A stretch of 64,000 nt of DNA, from positions 42,036,001-42,100,000 of the forward strand of contig NC_086377.1 in the NCBI RefSeq assembly GCF_036588685.1. Direction: 5' to 3'. Shown here piece after piece: positions 40,538 through 54,061 of the stretch (position 1 is its first letter; each line of letters opens with the position of its first letter). This DNA comes from Mytilus trossulus. Taxonomy: Eukaryota. The notes under the pieces are model-generated. The model did not search any database, was not told the origin of the DNA, and saw only the letters and a list, made by a program, of their open reading frames with translations. The position numbers were made by a program, and so were the translations under genes.

Positions 40538-41479
40538 CTGAGATTAAATATAACGAATTCACTATTAACTAATAATTGTGGGTTAAGTTCTAAAATAGAT
40601 TTGGATCATTCCTCACATGTATGAACTTGATTCAGTCTATGCGTTCAAAGATTGTTTAAATCAAACATCAAGTTGCTTATCCATTTGTTTGATGTGTTTG
40701 CGGTTTCGATTTTGCCATTTGATAACTAAATATTCGTTTTTTATATTTTGATATTTCGTTTCAAATGTATTTTATTTGTCTTAAATTTTTCCCAATTTTT
40801 AAATATGTGTTTTATAACTACTTTATAGTTTTTTTATCTTTCCAATTGATAATTAACTTCAGGTTACTTCTTGTTACAAATGCATTGCGATACCTTATAC
40901 ATGTTATAATGTACTCCTCATATTCATCGTGTTTGTTTCAATCTACTTTATTTTCATTTTCGTTTTCTTTACATGATGATTGATGGAAAGAAAACATATT
41001 AATGTCGTTTATATTTGTTTATCAGAAGTTTAAATATCTGAAATAGAAATTCAATCTCAAACGAGTGCAGATAAAATAGGTGGGCAACATGTAATGAATC
41101 AAGGAGCACAGCGCCAATATATTCCATTCCGACATTAATAACCAAGTTTTAGTAAATTAATATCAAAGTCATCAATTTCAAACAACTCTCTTGCCTTTTG
41201 AGTTATTATAAGTAAATTATCTATTCATCTAAAGCTCGATTGACGAAGTCATGTTAGTCTGTTAAGTACTTAAATTCATCGCAATGGATACATATATAAA
41301 TAGAATACACGAAATTCACAATAACATATAGTACTCTTGGCTCTGATTAAAAGTTCATCACATATACCAAAACACAAACTTGAATACCATCTATCATGTC
41401 ATCAATGTTGGCTATTGGGAAGAAAAACTAGAAATTTCAATCAATCAACAAAACATTTCAGAAAATAATGTATTGCTAC

Positions 41480-42068
41480 AAGTTTTTCATATTTGCAAGA
41501 AAGTATTGACCACTTCATATTGACTTGTGATACTCTCTGGACTTAAACGATGCAACGCATCATTGAATCGATATTTCTGTTCTATCGTATCGCTCGAGCG
41601 CCTGCATATTGAGTATGCTTATCCGAACAGATGCAACTTTTTCTACATGTAACAATGGCATTACAAATAAACAAGAATACACTCACAGAATAAGACATTC
41701 ACTAATATCAATTTAACACAGGTTCACACAAATTTGCTCTGTTTTCGTAGTTTAACCGTTGCATTTTCCGACGTCAACATCTTCCTTATTCAACAACCTG
41801 GTGTACTTGTGACGTAAGTTGTAACAAGAAAGGCCAAACTATGGCCATGACATTTAATTGACCAATTTCCAACTTTCAAACGTTCTTTAATAGACTCATG
41901 ACAGTTCCATCCAATATCGTTCGATTTTATGTAGTGCTTAATTGATTGATATAGTGCTAGAACGGGTAATCCATCAAGTAATTCTAATACTGTTTCGAAG
42001 TGTTTGTTGTATGATAGAGTGCATACATTTGTAATCGATCCATTTGTCCTTCTGATTCTAATCATCAC
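41480..42068 (-). pseudogene. Cys-rich family remnant: exon-2-like ~41872-42050 (still open) and exon-3-like ~41480-41680
   Basis: ORF 41790-42068 contains NVCTLSYNKHFE...LYQSI...IGWNCHESIKERLK. It aligns without gaps to 30740-30908, with synonymous changes. Downstream reads RKSCICSDK. Confidence 0.6.
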
Positions 42069-45000
42069 TTCTTTTCACAATGTATATTATACGAAAAAAG
42101 AAAAAAAACAGACTGTCATAATCATAGAATAAACCAAAGGTATGGCTTCTAACAATGGTTCTCATTTCGAATATACAAGTATCACTGGTGAATCTAGGAT
42201 TAATGCTTAAGAAACAAATAGTGATATTTAAAACTTGTCATTCGAAACAAAATATATAGTACTATGTTGAAGTTTGAACATAATAAAAGAATGAAAGAAT
42301 TTAGTAACCATTTAACTTTATGTTCCGCTATGTAAATGCGTTTGCTAAATATTCAATATGTGGTGACTGTGTTGAACACACATAACCAGTTAAATTGAAG
42401 TATGTGTCATATTCGGCTTTCGTCTAGAAATTAACGATTGTCTATGTAAGGCAAACTTTGTTAATAATAGAGTTCATTGCTGCTTTCTAAATTGGAAATA
42501 TCCGTTTCTGTCAGAAAGAATACCATGACTGCCTGGATATGAGGTATACTAATACCAGCTCGCCGAATATGGCTGATTAATTAAGAAAATATTCAAACGG
42601 TCTGTCTGTCCATCTTGAGCACATTTGAACATTCAGCATTTGGGTGTAGTTTGTGTTGATCACTCTGAATGTTTCAGAAGCTGTTTTTGAACTAGGTTGT
42701 CTCTTCGTTCTGTTATGTTTTTGCCAGATCAATTGCTCTTAGTGTGATGTTGTAAGGGAAAATGTCTGCTTCTTTAAAACCTACTCTTTTATTGCCGTGT
42801 AACATTTCTTAAAAGATACCAAATGAATATTCAAACTCAAAAAGTCGAAAAAAGACCGACAACGCTATGGCGTAACATTTAGTATTAAAGAACAATAGAC
42901 AAACAGTGGTACACAAAACCTAAAAAACTAGACTGAGCAACACGAATCCCAACCAAAAAAGACGGCGACCTTTGGTGCTCCGAATGCATCTGCAAATCAT
43001 GCTTGAAATCTTGCATCAGTTGTGTAAATGGTGTAGCTCACGTTAATAAACACCAAGTAATGATTCATGTTCATAGTCTTAAAGTCACATTCTGGAAAAT
43101 GAAGTCACGACTTTTTATATAATATCCCCTATCATATTCCAAAAATAAAGTATAATTAGTTGCAGACTAGCCAAACGTGCAAGTAATCAGTTTAGGTCAT
43201 CATAAGCTCATTTATAAACGTAATAAAATGATGTAAGTTCATTTAATTAACACAGGTGCGATTCCTAATCTGTTTGACATTCAAATATCGATAATCAATA
43301 AAACACAAATTACAGATGAGAGTGTATTTTATGATAACGTCAGATAAAGAGTAATTGAAACTGAACAAAGTTTTCAGGTAAATGATAAGCTTGTTGAACC
43401 AATTACTATGAGACAATTACAAATATCTAATCCGATAAGCGCTTGGTGGCGTTCTTCTAATTGAGTGTCAATTAAATTAGGGATACAAGATCAAGAAGAC
43501 TAAATGAACTTGAAATCTCACTGTCATACAAAGTCCCCTGAACAAATCGTAAAGCGGCTTAACCATTTATTTATCTGACTATTAAATGGATAAGTTATTG
43601 TCTTTGATTTTTGAAATAAGATTTTCGTGACCATTAAAACTGTACTTACATGATAAATGTCATTTTTTTCGTTTTTTCGGATAAATGTCGAAAGCTCATT
43701 AACTTACATCGGTGAAACCAGTTTTGTTCGTGCTATTGTGCTTTTAATATAATACAATGTATAGTTGCACTAGGTTAGCAATATTCAAATATCAATTCAA
43801 ATCAATGCGCCAGATGTGGATTCGTTATACCTATGCAGTAATGATCAAACAAATAATAACAATATCTTCCAATAAATTTCTTCAATTGTAAATCAACAGC
43901 TTACAATAGTCCTTATCTGTTTTGATGCTAGTATCGGGCTATCTTTGTATTATTTCAATTGTAGACTGACAGCCAACTAGCAAATTTTATAAAAAAAAAA
44001 CAATGTCGTTTTAACATGTTTAAAGACTACTCTTTTGTTTTCGGAAGCATTACAGAAATGTAAATATGCACATAATCAAAATAAAGAAAAGCTTGAAAAT
44101 GTAAGTAAAGAATGATATAAAGTGAAAGAGTGTGCAGTTTAAACAAGAAATAAATCAGAAAACTAAAAAACAAATAGTAAAAAAACAGAAAATTTAGACA
44201 CCAAAGCAGAATCCTTCAAACCGAATACGTACTCACAACACTGTTGCTTCCTAAAAAAATATACATATTTAAAATGTGCCTTGACCCTCGTTTTTAATGA
44301 AGAAATGCATGCTGTCGTATTTTCAAAATAAGGACTACTACAGGTGTTTAGACAAATATTATGTATACTGTATTATTTGTCCCATATATATATATTGTTA
44401 AAATTATTACTAACATTCATGTACATGTCTACTGTCCTCCTCTCCTTTGCATATGTTTTTTTTTCTGGTGGTTTGTATTTGGGTTTTCTAATGTTTCATT
44501 TGTATTCCTGATTTGAAGATGGTTGAACCATACCAAATACGCCATTTTCGGCCTTTCATTTGAAGAATATAGCAAAAGTCAATTATTAAAGAAACACCAA
44601 ACACCTAAGTACCACGCAATAAAAATAACATTTATCAAAAGTAAAAGTAGTTTGTTCTATAAACTGAATTATGAGTAAAATAAAATTAAAATGCACATAA
44701 AGGATTAAACGTAACTATTTATCGAATATATTAATACAAAAATGTAATTTAAAAAACGATAGTGAAAATGAAGATCACACTATGAGTTTGAAACCCTGGT
44801 AACTTTCGCCCTTCTTGGTAAGGGACATTTTAGAAAGCCTAGTAGGTTGAACCTGGTTTAAACGTTCCTTCAGAGTTCGAAGAAGATGGTAAACAGTACC
44901 ATACTACAAGATCATATTAAAATTACAAAACGAATCATAGAACTTTACAAACAGAAAAAATACCATTTCATTAAAAAATTACTCAAAAGTTTGAAGGCTT

Positions 45001-45384
45001 CAATCTGTTTATCTTTTGTGTAGGATCCGCAGCGTAACCAATGTTATCGCCGATTGAAATAATCTACTACTTGCTTTTCTGAGTATCTCATTATTCTTTG
45101 CTATTCTTTTCGGTGTTTTCGATAACCAGAGTCAATCACTATGTTATTGCTAGTCATATTTTCTTCCTATATTTGTTTTTTTCTTTGAGGAACCTGCATG
45201 CTTCATCAATGGTTTATATTGTCATTATATATTATAAATTTGGTACAAGAGAGCGAAAATAAAAAAACAAAGATTACAAAGTCATATGTGAAAAATAACA
45301 GAATACGCAAAACAACATAAAAAAACCTGAAGACTGTGCAACACTTAACAGATCAAACAGTTCATATCATTTACGTGGAGACGC

Positions 45385-45602
45385 GTGTCACATGTGGAGC
45401 AGGATTTTGTTACCCTTCCGGAGCACCTGAGATCGCCCCTAGTTTTAGGTGGGGTTCGTGTTGTTTATTCTTTAGTTTTCTATATTGTGTCATGTGTACC
45501 ATTGTTTGTATGTTTGTCTTTTTTGTTTTTAGCCATGGCGTTGTCAGTTTGTTTCAGATTTATGAAATAAACTGTCCCTTTGGTATTTTTCGTCCCTCTT
45601 TT
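45385..45602 (+). repeat. Solo 3' UTR of the young PLE family (shorter or older copies near 20570 +, 42815 -, 280 -)
   Basis: Closely matches 51312-51529. Confidence 0.9.
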
Positions 45603-48572
45603 ACATAAAATATGTCGGTAATCTTTGTATTTTCAAATAAACGACATCGACTACCGCCGCAAGAGACCTTGAAATTGAAATTGAAATTTCAATTTGATAA
45701 ATTATATTTTTTGTCCCATTAACTTATTCAGACATATGAAACTATGGTTCCCCGACTCAATTAGAATAATCTTAAACTTTAAAATATTTTGTTTTATGAT
45801 GAAGTATTAGCTTAACGTGAATATCGGTCAAAGTTAATTCATTTAGTGACATGTTGATCTTTCTGAAGTGTAAGTATTATATTTCATCCTTATCTATAGT
45901 CCCTTTGCAAACATTTGATTTGTATGGTAATGTGAAACGAATCCTTTTAAAACAAATAAAATTAAAACAAATTATTTAAAAGAATAGTTAAAGAAAACAT
46001 CGGCTTTGTCTAGTAGGAAGGGAAACAATCAGGTTAACAGGATTTTCAGGCTCAAGCGTGGAATATCTTTAAAATACGACTTGCTGTTTCTAATACAAAA
46101 TATTTCTATGTGTAAGATATTCCTGCGTTGTTGGTGACGTAGAAATATAGCATGTTATAATAAACACGTTGGAATTTAAAATATTTTGGTATTGAAAAGT
46201 TACCAAAGATATAAATAAACTCAAAAATCAAAGAGAACTGACGATATCAATACAAATAACAAAATTAAACCTAAAATACAAAAGAACTAAAGTACAAACG
46301 CAATAATAAAATTGAGAATGGAAATTTGGAATGTGTCAAAGAGACAACAACCCGACCATACGAAAAACAACAGCAGAAGGTCACCAATAGGTCATCAATG
46401 TAACGAGAAAAATACTAATTTCCAAATTGAACATAAGAAAATAGAATTAAAATAATACAAGACTAACAGAGACAAGATGCTCCTGACTTGGGACAGGCGA
46501 AAAAATGCGGCGGAGTTAAACATGTTTATGAGATCTTAAGTGTGTTAAATGAACTAGAGGCCAACATTTGGGACACATCATAAAACATGTGACAAATAAA
46601 TTGAACAACGATTGTGTAACTTATCATATTTAAACCGTTAACAAGGGTGCATGAAACATTAGGGAAGCTTTTTTTATGTTTATCCTACAATATTTCTATT
46701 TGTTTTATGTTTTAACAAATACTTTTGTTTTATTTTGCTGACGTGTCTTGCATGAAACATAGTTAAAGCTGTATTGTCTACATAGTAAATTCTGCAATAT
46801 TTGAAGTTGTTTGAATTTTCTTGAGTGTTCAAGTAACCAAAGACAGTGATTAGTATTCCCTATATGAATAATTCATTAACATAAGGAATTATCTTAAAAA
46901 TGTATTTTTTTTTAACATTTTGCAATCATTTATTCTCAATAATTGTTAGCTGTAGTTCAAATATTCCTCCATTATGTAATATTGGCATTATTTTGATCAA
47001 AGATGTATATTTTGGTCTCTTTATTCCTTGTAATGTTTATGACTCGTATCCTTATTTTTTTAGTAATTACAGTGTGTGCGACATTATATCATAAACCAGC
47101 CAGCAATTTGGCTAGATCAAATACAAATGTTCTTATATAATACCATAGAGAATATATATACTCTGTTTTATCATTTTGAGTCTGTTAGGCTTTAACAATA
47201 TTGTATTCAATAAATCAAATAATGCATTTCAAGCTATTAGTTCTAAACAATAGGATCTAGATCTAGAGACAAGCAATATCGTTTATCATGATATGTCAGT
47301 TTCAATATGGAAACATTAGTAAATACAACCCCCCGAAAAAAGATTGATCCTTTCGTACTTTGAGAAACAAGTGAATACAATAAAGGAAATTAAATGCATA
47401 TAACGCTTTCTTACTATAGTCTGAACGTTAAACTTGGTGATTGGCATGTTTACATATAACGGTTACACACTTGTAATGCCGGTCCCGAGTCTGTAATTAA
47501 GGTGTTGTTATATCGGATTGTGTGTTTCTTATATTGGTTGACTGTCAATTGGTCCGTTAGTTTGTTTAAAACTAGTTTCCATTTTTTTAACTCACTATAG
47601 TATATGGCGTTATTTGTGTTTTTAAGGTCTTATTGTGCCTTATAATTGTCCTATGTGACCATTTGTTTCATTTTATACATTGAATGCATATTACCATGTG
47701 TTTCTTTTTTCTTCATTGGCTTGAGATAAATTAGATCAATTCTTCATTCTCACAACACATATTTATCCCGTCAGCATTTTTGCGCCTGTCCCAAGTCAGT
47801 ATATTCTGGCCTTTGCTAGTTTTGTGTGGTTTTTTTTTAGTGCAGATATATGTTTTGGAGTTTAGTGAGACGTCGATTTTTACTGAACTAGTACACAGTT
47901 TTATTAAGGTGCCATCTGAGGACCACCTCCGGGTGAGGGACTTTTTCGCTGCCTTCCGCTGCTGTCTGCTCTTTGGTCGGCTGGTTGTTGATTCTGTGAC
48001 GTATTCACCATTTCCATTCTCAATTTTATGCAATATACAATACATAAACAATGTTAGCTTCTTTTTTTTTTTATTGATAACTAGGTATATATTCAAATGT
48101 TGATCTGTTATATTATTGCTTTGTTTTTTTGCAGGGATGATTGTTCTTTTATGTTTAATTCGTTCTGTTTTTTTCTTCAATTAACATATATTATTTCATT
48201 ATTATTGTAGTTTAAAATTATTTCTCAATTATCACTGATCTTTTGTTTTATTGGCATTATAGGTACTAGTTAACCAACGAAGAAGTATTATAATAACTTC
48301 TCTTAGTCATTTATTAGTTAAAATTCAAAAATTGTACAAAGGTCAAGCAAGTGTTTCAAGTGGATATTGATTTTCTTCCACAAACAATTCGTAGTTTCAA
48401 TGTATCACTTTTCTAATTGATTTTTACAAAAGCATGATTTATCACGAAACGAATAACGCTGGAAAAATTCTGTATTTAATAATTTTATTCTTCAAATGAA
48501 CGCAGACATCATACATCATAAATTGCCTTTTGCACAATGCCCTTTTATTAATCTTTGGTATTGGTTGTCGAG

Positions 48573-48736
48573 ACAATTTCAAAGATGTTGAAAAATACCC
48601 TCACACAATATGACATTTAAAACACAAATATTTTTGACATTATTGAAGGAAAACAAAGTAATTGAAATTAGTCTGGATGATATTATATTTTACCAATACA
48701 TATGTATTTGTGTAGAACAAATAAAATGAACACCAA
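48573..48736 (+). pseudogene. Exon-2-like remnant, paralog of 54308/55047/57588
   Basis: ag|ac aat gives NFKDVEKYPHTI*HLKHKYF...LKLVW...ICVEQIK. Confidence 0.55.
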
Positions 48737-50625
48737 TACATCATGCAATGCATTTCTTTTATGAATGTGTAAAGTGATTATTCACAATATCACGTGCATT
48801 CATGAAATGAAAGTGATCCATTTGTGATACACCGAAATTTACTTAACGCGTGATCGAACTTATGCTACAACTCTATATGGTATTATCAATTTTAGAATGA
48901 TAGATATGGTATAGACAACATGTCAGTCCAGATCATATATGTTTAAGAGTTAACATGCTGTAAGTACTTCTACACTCAGTTTTCAATCGATGCTCATAGA
49001 TATTTAAACAATGAGTTATAGTAACATTTGATTCCAGAAAATTAATAGTAGGAGTAAAAATGTAAAATTTGTTATATTTGTTAAATAAACAATTGACAAG
49101 ATTGAAATTCTTTTCGAATTTTATAAAAACTTTTTTATTTGTACTAAAATAATTTGTTTTATCTCGATTGTCTGCAATTTGCAGCTTGACAACCGTGCAA
49201 TAGCTATATAATCGGTCAAGGTCGTATAATCAGCCAAGGTCGTTAAAAATTTCCATTTTTTGTTGAACAATTATGATAATTTTTACAGGTATAACTGTAT
49301 TGTATAAAAGTACAAAATTGAAATCTTTGATAAGCTGACTTAATGAAACAAGAACTATATTGTAAAAAGTTAAAAATAACCATTTCGTTTTTTAAACTGT
49401 TGAGGACAATGATGAAGCTCGCATGAGTTTATTCTTTAAATATATTAATATACAAAAGTGATCGTATCAATGAATAGGGGTCATCTAAATTAAAATGTGC
49501 CAGAGTTAATATATGATCTTCACTAATTACCAATTGAATATCAAGCAATTGTTAAGTCCAATAGTATGTAACTAGGATACGTTGTGATACAAAAATGTTG
49601 CAGCGTTCAGTGTTTTAATATCTTTCTTTACTTAAACAAACTTTATTTCAGCATGCAATAGCAAGTTAAATAAATGTCGAATACGGGCTTTCAACTTATA
49701 ATTTTTCAACATTAGCAATCAGATATTTAGCAAGAGATTATGCTAATTATATATTGTAAGATTGGAAGAATCATAAGTTTGGTTTATAGAATGATAAGTT
49801 AATTACAATAAGAACATCAATTATAACCAAAACAAATTGAAAAGCATTGATAACATCAATAAATGGTTTTAATGTTTTCTTTAAAGTACAAATTATTTAT
49901 AAACAAAAATCTAAAATAGAATGGCTTACACAAATACGTGAATTGATTTTATTTGTAAAGTGCATGCGTGCAGTAAAAACAAATTAAATTTCGAAAAAAA
50001 TTAAATGGTTCTTTTTCAACATGCAAGTGATTATTTAACTATATATAATTAGTTATTGCGATCATTTGATGCGAACATACACTATTATGTTAATATTTGT
50101 GATGCGTAACATGCTAAAAGCGACAATTTAAAAATATTCAACGCAATGATCAGAGAATCTAGATATCAAATACATGACAGACCTGAATTAACCACAATGA
50201 TAAAACTGATATATTTCATCTGAAGTGTCAATCTTTGTAAAAATCCAGCAATTTAGAAGCATTTCAAAATAAGTGAAAAAAGCACTGAGATGTATGCATG
50301 ACAGTTGTTCAGTTCTCTTGTGTTTTCTACTTTTAAAAGGTTTCAGTTCAACATGTAAATCTTACAGTTTTTTTTTAAGCACGATCCAATACATTAGGTT
50401 ACAAAAAAATATTCCTTACAGGAGGCTTCCGAGACAATAGCAAGTTAGGTCCACCTCTCGTTCATTAGCGTTATTTTCCAATCACACGAAAACGAAAACA
50501 ATTAATGTCAACTCTCTGCAAAGATATAAAAATATGGAATAGACAATTAGAAACACTGGGCATACAGAAGCAATGCATCTGTTATTGAAAACAAACAAAA
50601 GTATGTCATAGAACAACAGCGAAAC

Positions 50626-51529
50626 CCAATGGGAACAAACTGTGCCCCTCTACTTGCTGACTTGTTTCTTTATTATTATGAGGCTGACTTCATGCAGGAA
50701 CTTCTTAGGAAGAAAGATAAGAAGTTAGCAATATCCTTTAACTCTACTTTCCGCTATATAGATGACGTTCTTTCACTAAACAATTCAAAATTTGGTGACT
50801 ATGTGGATCGCATCTATCCCATCGAATTGGAGATAAAGGATACTACAGATACAGTTAAGTCGGCTTCATATCTTGACTTGCATCTAGAAATTGACAATGA
50901 GGGTCGGTTGAAGACAAAACTTTACGACAAAAGAGATGAGTTCAGCTTTCCAATTGTGAACTTTCCATTTCTAAGTAGCAACATTCCAGCAGCACCTGCA
51001 TACGGGGTATATATCTCCCAATTGATACGATATTCCCGTGCTTGCATTTCCTATCATGATTTTCTTGATAGAGGGTTACTGCTCACAAGGAAGCTATTAA
51101 ACCAAGAGTTCCAAATGGTGAAGTTGAAATCATCCCTTCGTAAATTTTACGGACGCCATCACGAGTTGGTTGACCGTTATGGAATAACCGTTTCACAAAT
51201 GATATCGGATATGTTCCTTACGTCGTAACTACAATCCCCTTCCCTTTCATGAATTTGACCTACCGAATTAGACTATTTACCGGATTTGTAATCACATAAG
51301 CAACACGACGGGTGCCGCATGTGGAGCAGGATCTGCTTACCCTTCCGGAGCACCTGAGATCACCCCTAGTTTTTGGTGGGGTTCGTGTTGTTTATTCTTT
51401 AGTTTTCTATGTTGTGTCATGTGTCCTATTGTTTTTCTGTTTGTCTTTTTCATTTTTAGCCATGGCGTTGTCAGTTTGTTTTAGATTTACGAGTTTGACT
51501 GTCCCTTAGGTATCTTTCGTCCCTCTCTT
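50626..51529 (+). mobile_element. 5'-truncated Penelope-like retroelement (PLE), young copy: RT C-terminal half plus 3' UTR
   Basis: The ORF starts at PMGTNCAP, contains FRYIDD and the PLE thumb motifs (YDKRDEF.FPIVNFP, YGVYISQLIRY), and has no stops. No endonuclease follows the RT, which fits PLE groups with an N-terminal endonuclease (Naiad-like; inference). The 3' tail recurs at 45385-45602. Confidence 0.9.
50629..51228 (+). CDS. Partial reverse transcriptase of the PLE (199 aa; the ATG is an internal motif Met, not a true start)
   Basis: The ORF track protein has the YIDD catalytic motif and the preceding MG..AP..A motif. Confidence 0.85.
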   Translation: MGTNCAPLLADLFLYYYEADFMQELLRKKDKKLAISFNSTFRYIDDVLSLNNSKFGDYVDRIYPIELEIKDTTDTVKSASYLDLHLEIDNEGRLKTKLYDKRDEFSFPIVNFPFLSSNIPAAPAYGVYISQLIRYSRACISYHDFLDRGLLLTRKLLNQEFQMVKLKSSLRKFYGRHHELVDRYGITVSQMISDMFLTS

Positions 51530-51734
51530 ATTATGTTGTTTTTCAATTGGATTTTATGATTATCGAAAAGGTAACTCTCAGTGGTATTTTTAATCGCACA
51601 ATACTCAAATGTAAGCATAAAATGTGTTTTCAAAAGGGAAAAGTACTGGTTGATTTTAAAAGTATAAGCGGTAAACAATAGTGAGCTTTTATAAGACAAT
51701 AGTGATCGACGGATGCTTAACGTCCAGTGAAAAG

Positions 51735-52312
51735 GGAGTAAGTTCGGTAAGGGCCATATTTGGCCCCAATTATAAAGTTCATAGTTACAAGACAATAAAT
51801 GTTTTAAATTGCCGTAAAGAAATGAGAGAAAACTAAACAGAACTGTTTTTGCCAAAATTTAATTCTAACACGTTGATTTTTACATCCCAAAAAGGTCAAA
51901 ATAAGGGATTTTGGTGAAATTTGACAAAATCAGCTGGATTTCAACCAAAAAAAGGACCAGGAAACATAGAGCGCAGGCGTCGACAAGCTTTATATTCAAA
52001 GGAGACATGTGAAATGTCTTCACAATTATTTTTTTAAAAGATCTGTGTTGTCGACGTATGCGCTCTATGTTTCCTGTCCAATAATCTATGAAAATTTACC
52101 CATTTTCAATGATTTTTTCGTAAAAAATCAATATGAGTACAACTTGTGACGTCATAATGAAACACAGAAACGTAAATTTTTCAACAAAATGGCTCATATC
52201 CTAACTAGTCAATGTATTAGCTATAATTTTTCGTGATATTGGTTAATAAATCCATATTTGAAATAAACGCTAAAAAAGGGGGCCATTTTAGGACCTTATC
52301 GAACATGCTCCT
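51735..52312. mobile_element. MITE with ~33-bp imperfect TIRs
   Basis: GGAGTAAGTTCGGTAAGGGCCATATTTGGCCCC / GGGGCCATTTTAGGACCTTATCGAACATGCTCC, plus internal inverted gaaacatagagcgca...cgac repeats. Confidence 0.8.
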
Positions 52313-53929
52313 TTAATGCATACTCAAGACGAGAAAATGTTAATGTAATATGACTATTAACCTTCTTTGAGCTTAACTCACACGTTAAACCGAATTGTTG
52401 TTTATTGTTAGTATACTTGAGCTATAATGATGACCTTTTTCTGTTAATTTTTAATTGTATTGTTTCAAAGGTTTTTTTTCAGGTTTTGGTAGACGTGTGC
52501 GTTTTGATGTAAAGCTTCTTGGGTATTTTTATTCACAATTGTTTAACAAAAAAAGACTACACTGACACCCATTATAGTTTACAGATAAAATCTCTGTAAG
52601 GCATGGACATTACTATAAAGTTTTTGAACAATTGAAAAAAATTAATCATATGTATAACTGCAAAAGAATATGATTTTTAACTGCAGTTCTATACCAAAGC
52701 TAATTGCTCTTTGCTCTCTTTCATTCCAACATTTATTGACTACTAATTATATGTACTGCTTTAGAATGTAAAACTATCTATAAGCTGCTTTTATATTTTA
52801 TTTTGTTCTACTTTTTATTTCGAAGTTCCCTCGTCTTTGTATAATAGAAACCAATCACATGCGCCTGTGTTTTGTACGATTAACAGGATAAATGTATGAA
52901 TCTGAAGTAAAAAATCATATAATTCTCACTTGTTTAGATCATACTACTTTAAAATAAGTATGTTCAAATTGTTGTTTATCCCTAAAAACAGCAAAATTAA
53001 ATAGCGTTCTTGTGAATTCGATAAGAAGGTTACTATGTCACATGTTAAAGCAATTTATTGTAACACTGTTTTTTTTTTATTTGAACAAAACTGTTCCGTT
53101 CTTATAATAGCTGAAGATGAGTTGCAAACTATAGTTTTCACTTTATTTTCAAGAAATACAACTATAAAATTCCAATTAAATTTTATTAATGATCGTATTT
53201 AACTTTCAGCAATTTACAAGATTATGACGTATGGAGTGTAAATGTTACATCACAACGGATAAAAGGACAACAATTGTGGTAGTAGTATAACGTCAACAGA
53301 ATCCAGATAAAAAACAATAATCCACAGACTTTTTAAAGAGAAAAATGCTTATCATATGATACGAACATACACAAAATAATGTGTGTCTTAAAGTTGTTTA
53401 AAGTAGTTTTAAATATGTTTTTTTTTAAATATTCAACCATTTAAGTTTTAAAATGTAAATAGATACAGGAAATAATTTCGCTTTGTTAATAAAATACACC
53501 TCAATGCTACGTTTATAGTGAAACATTACAAAGTTGTGTACAAAACAATTATTTTGATACTGGAAGTATATTGTGTAAAATGATTTAAATAAAAAATATA
53601 AAAAAAAGATATTAAGTAAATGCATTTTTGAACAGTTTCAAACTTAATTTAGAAAGTTACCTTAAAAAAAGTTGACTTTCCAAACAGTGTTCATTCTATA
53701 TATTGTTGAATTTATTTTTCGTTCTTCAATTCGTCTATATCAAAATGGTTTTTTTTCTCTGTTGAAGCATATGATGGAAAGATTTCATATCGAATGTACT
53801 AAATTTGGGGTCCAACGTCCGTGAACATTCAGTCTTTTAACTTCTTTTTGGGAACCACGTAAAAGGATCAATATATGAATCTGTTAATTTTTTCCCTTGT
53901 TCAAGTATATGATAAAAAGATTAAAACAT

Positions 53930-54058
53930 AATATTTTTCATATCGCATGTATTATTAGCCCTCGGTCAACATCAGCCCTCGAGCCATGCAGCTCTTGGGC
54001 TGATATTTAACCTAGGGCTGATAATACATGCGATATGAAAAATGACCTGTAATAATCT
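53930..54058. repeat. Solo long palindrome of the same hairpin class
   Basis: atttttcatatcgcatgtattattagccct ... agggctgataatacatgcgatatgaaaaat. Confidence 0.7.
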
Positions 54059-54061
54059 GAT

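Noticed and set aside
47731-48180. 149-aa and 107-aa overlapping ORFs; likewise 45336-45608, 51312-51509, 18632-18835 and 37256-37547
   Set aside because: These are chance frames through retroelement 3' tails.
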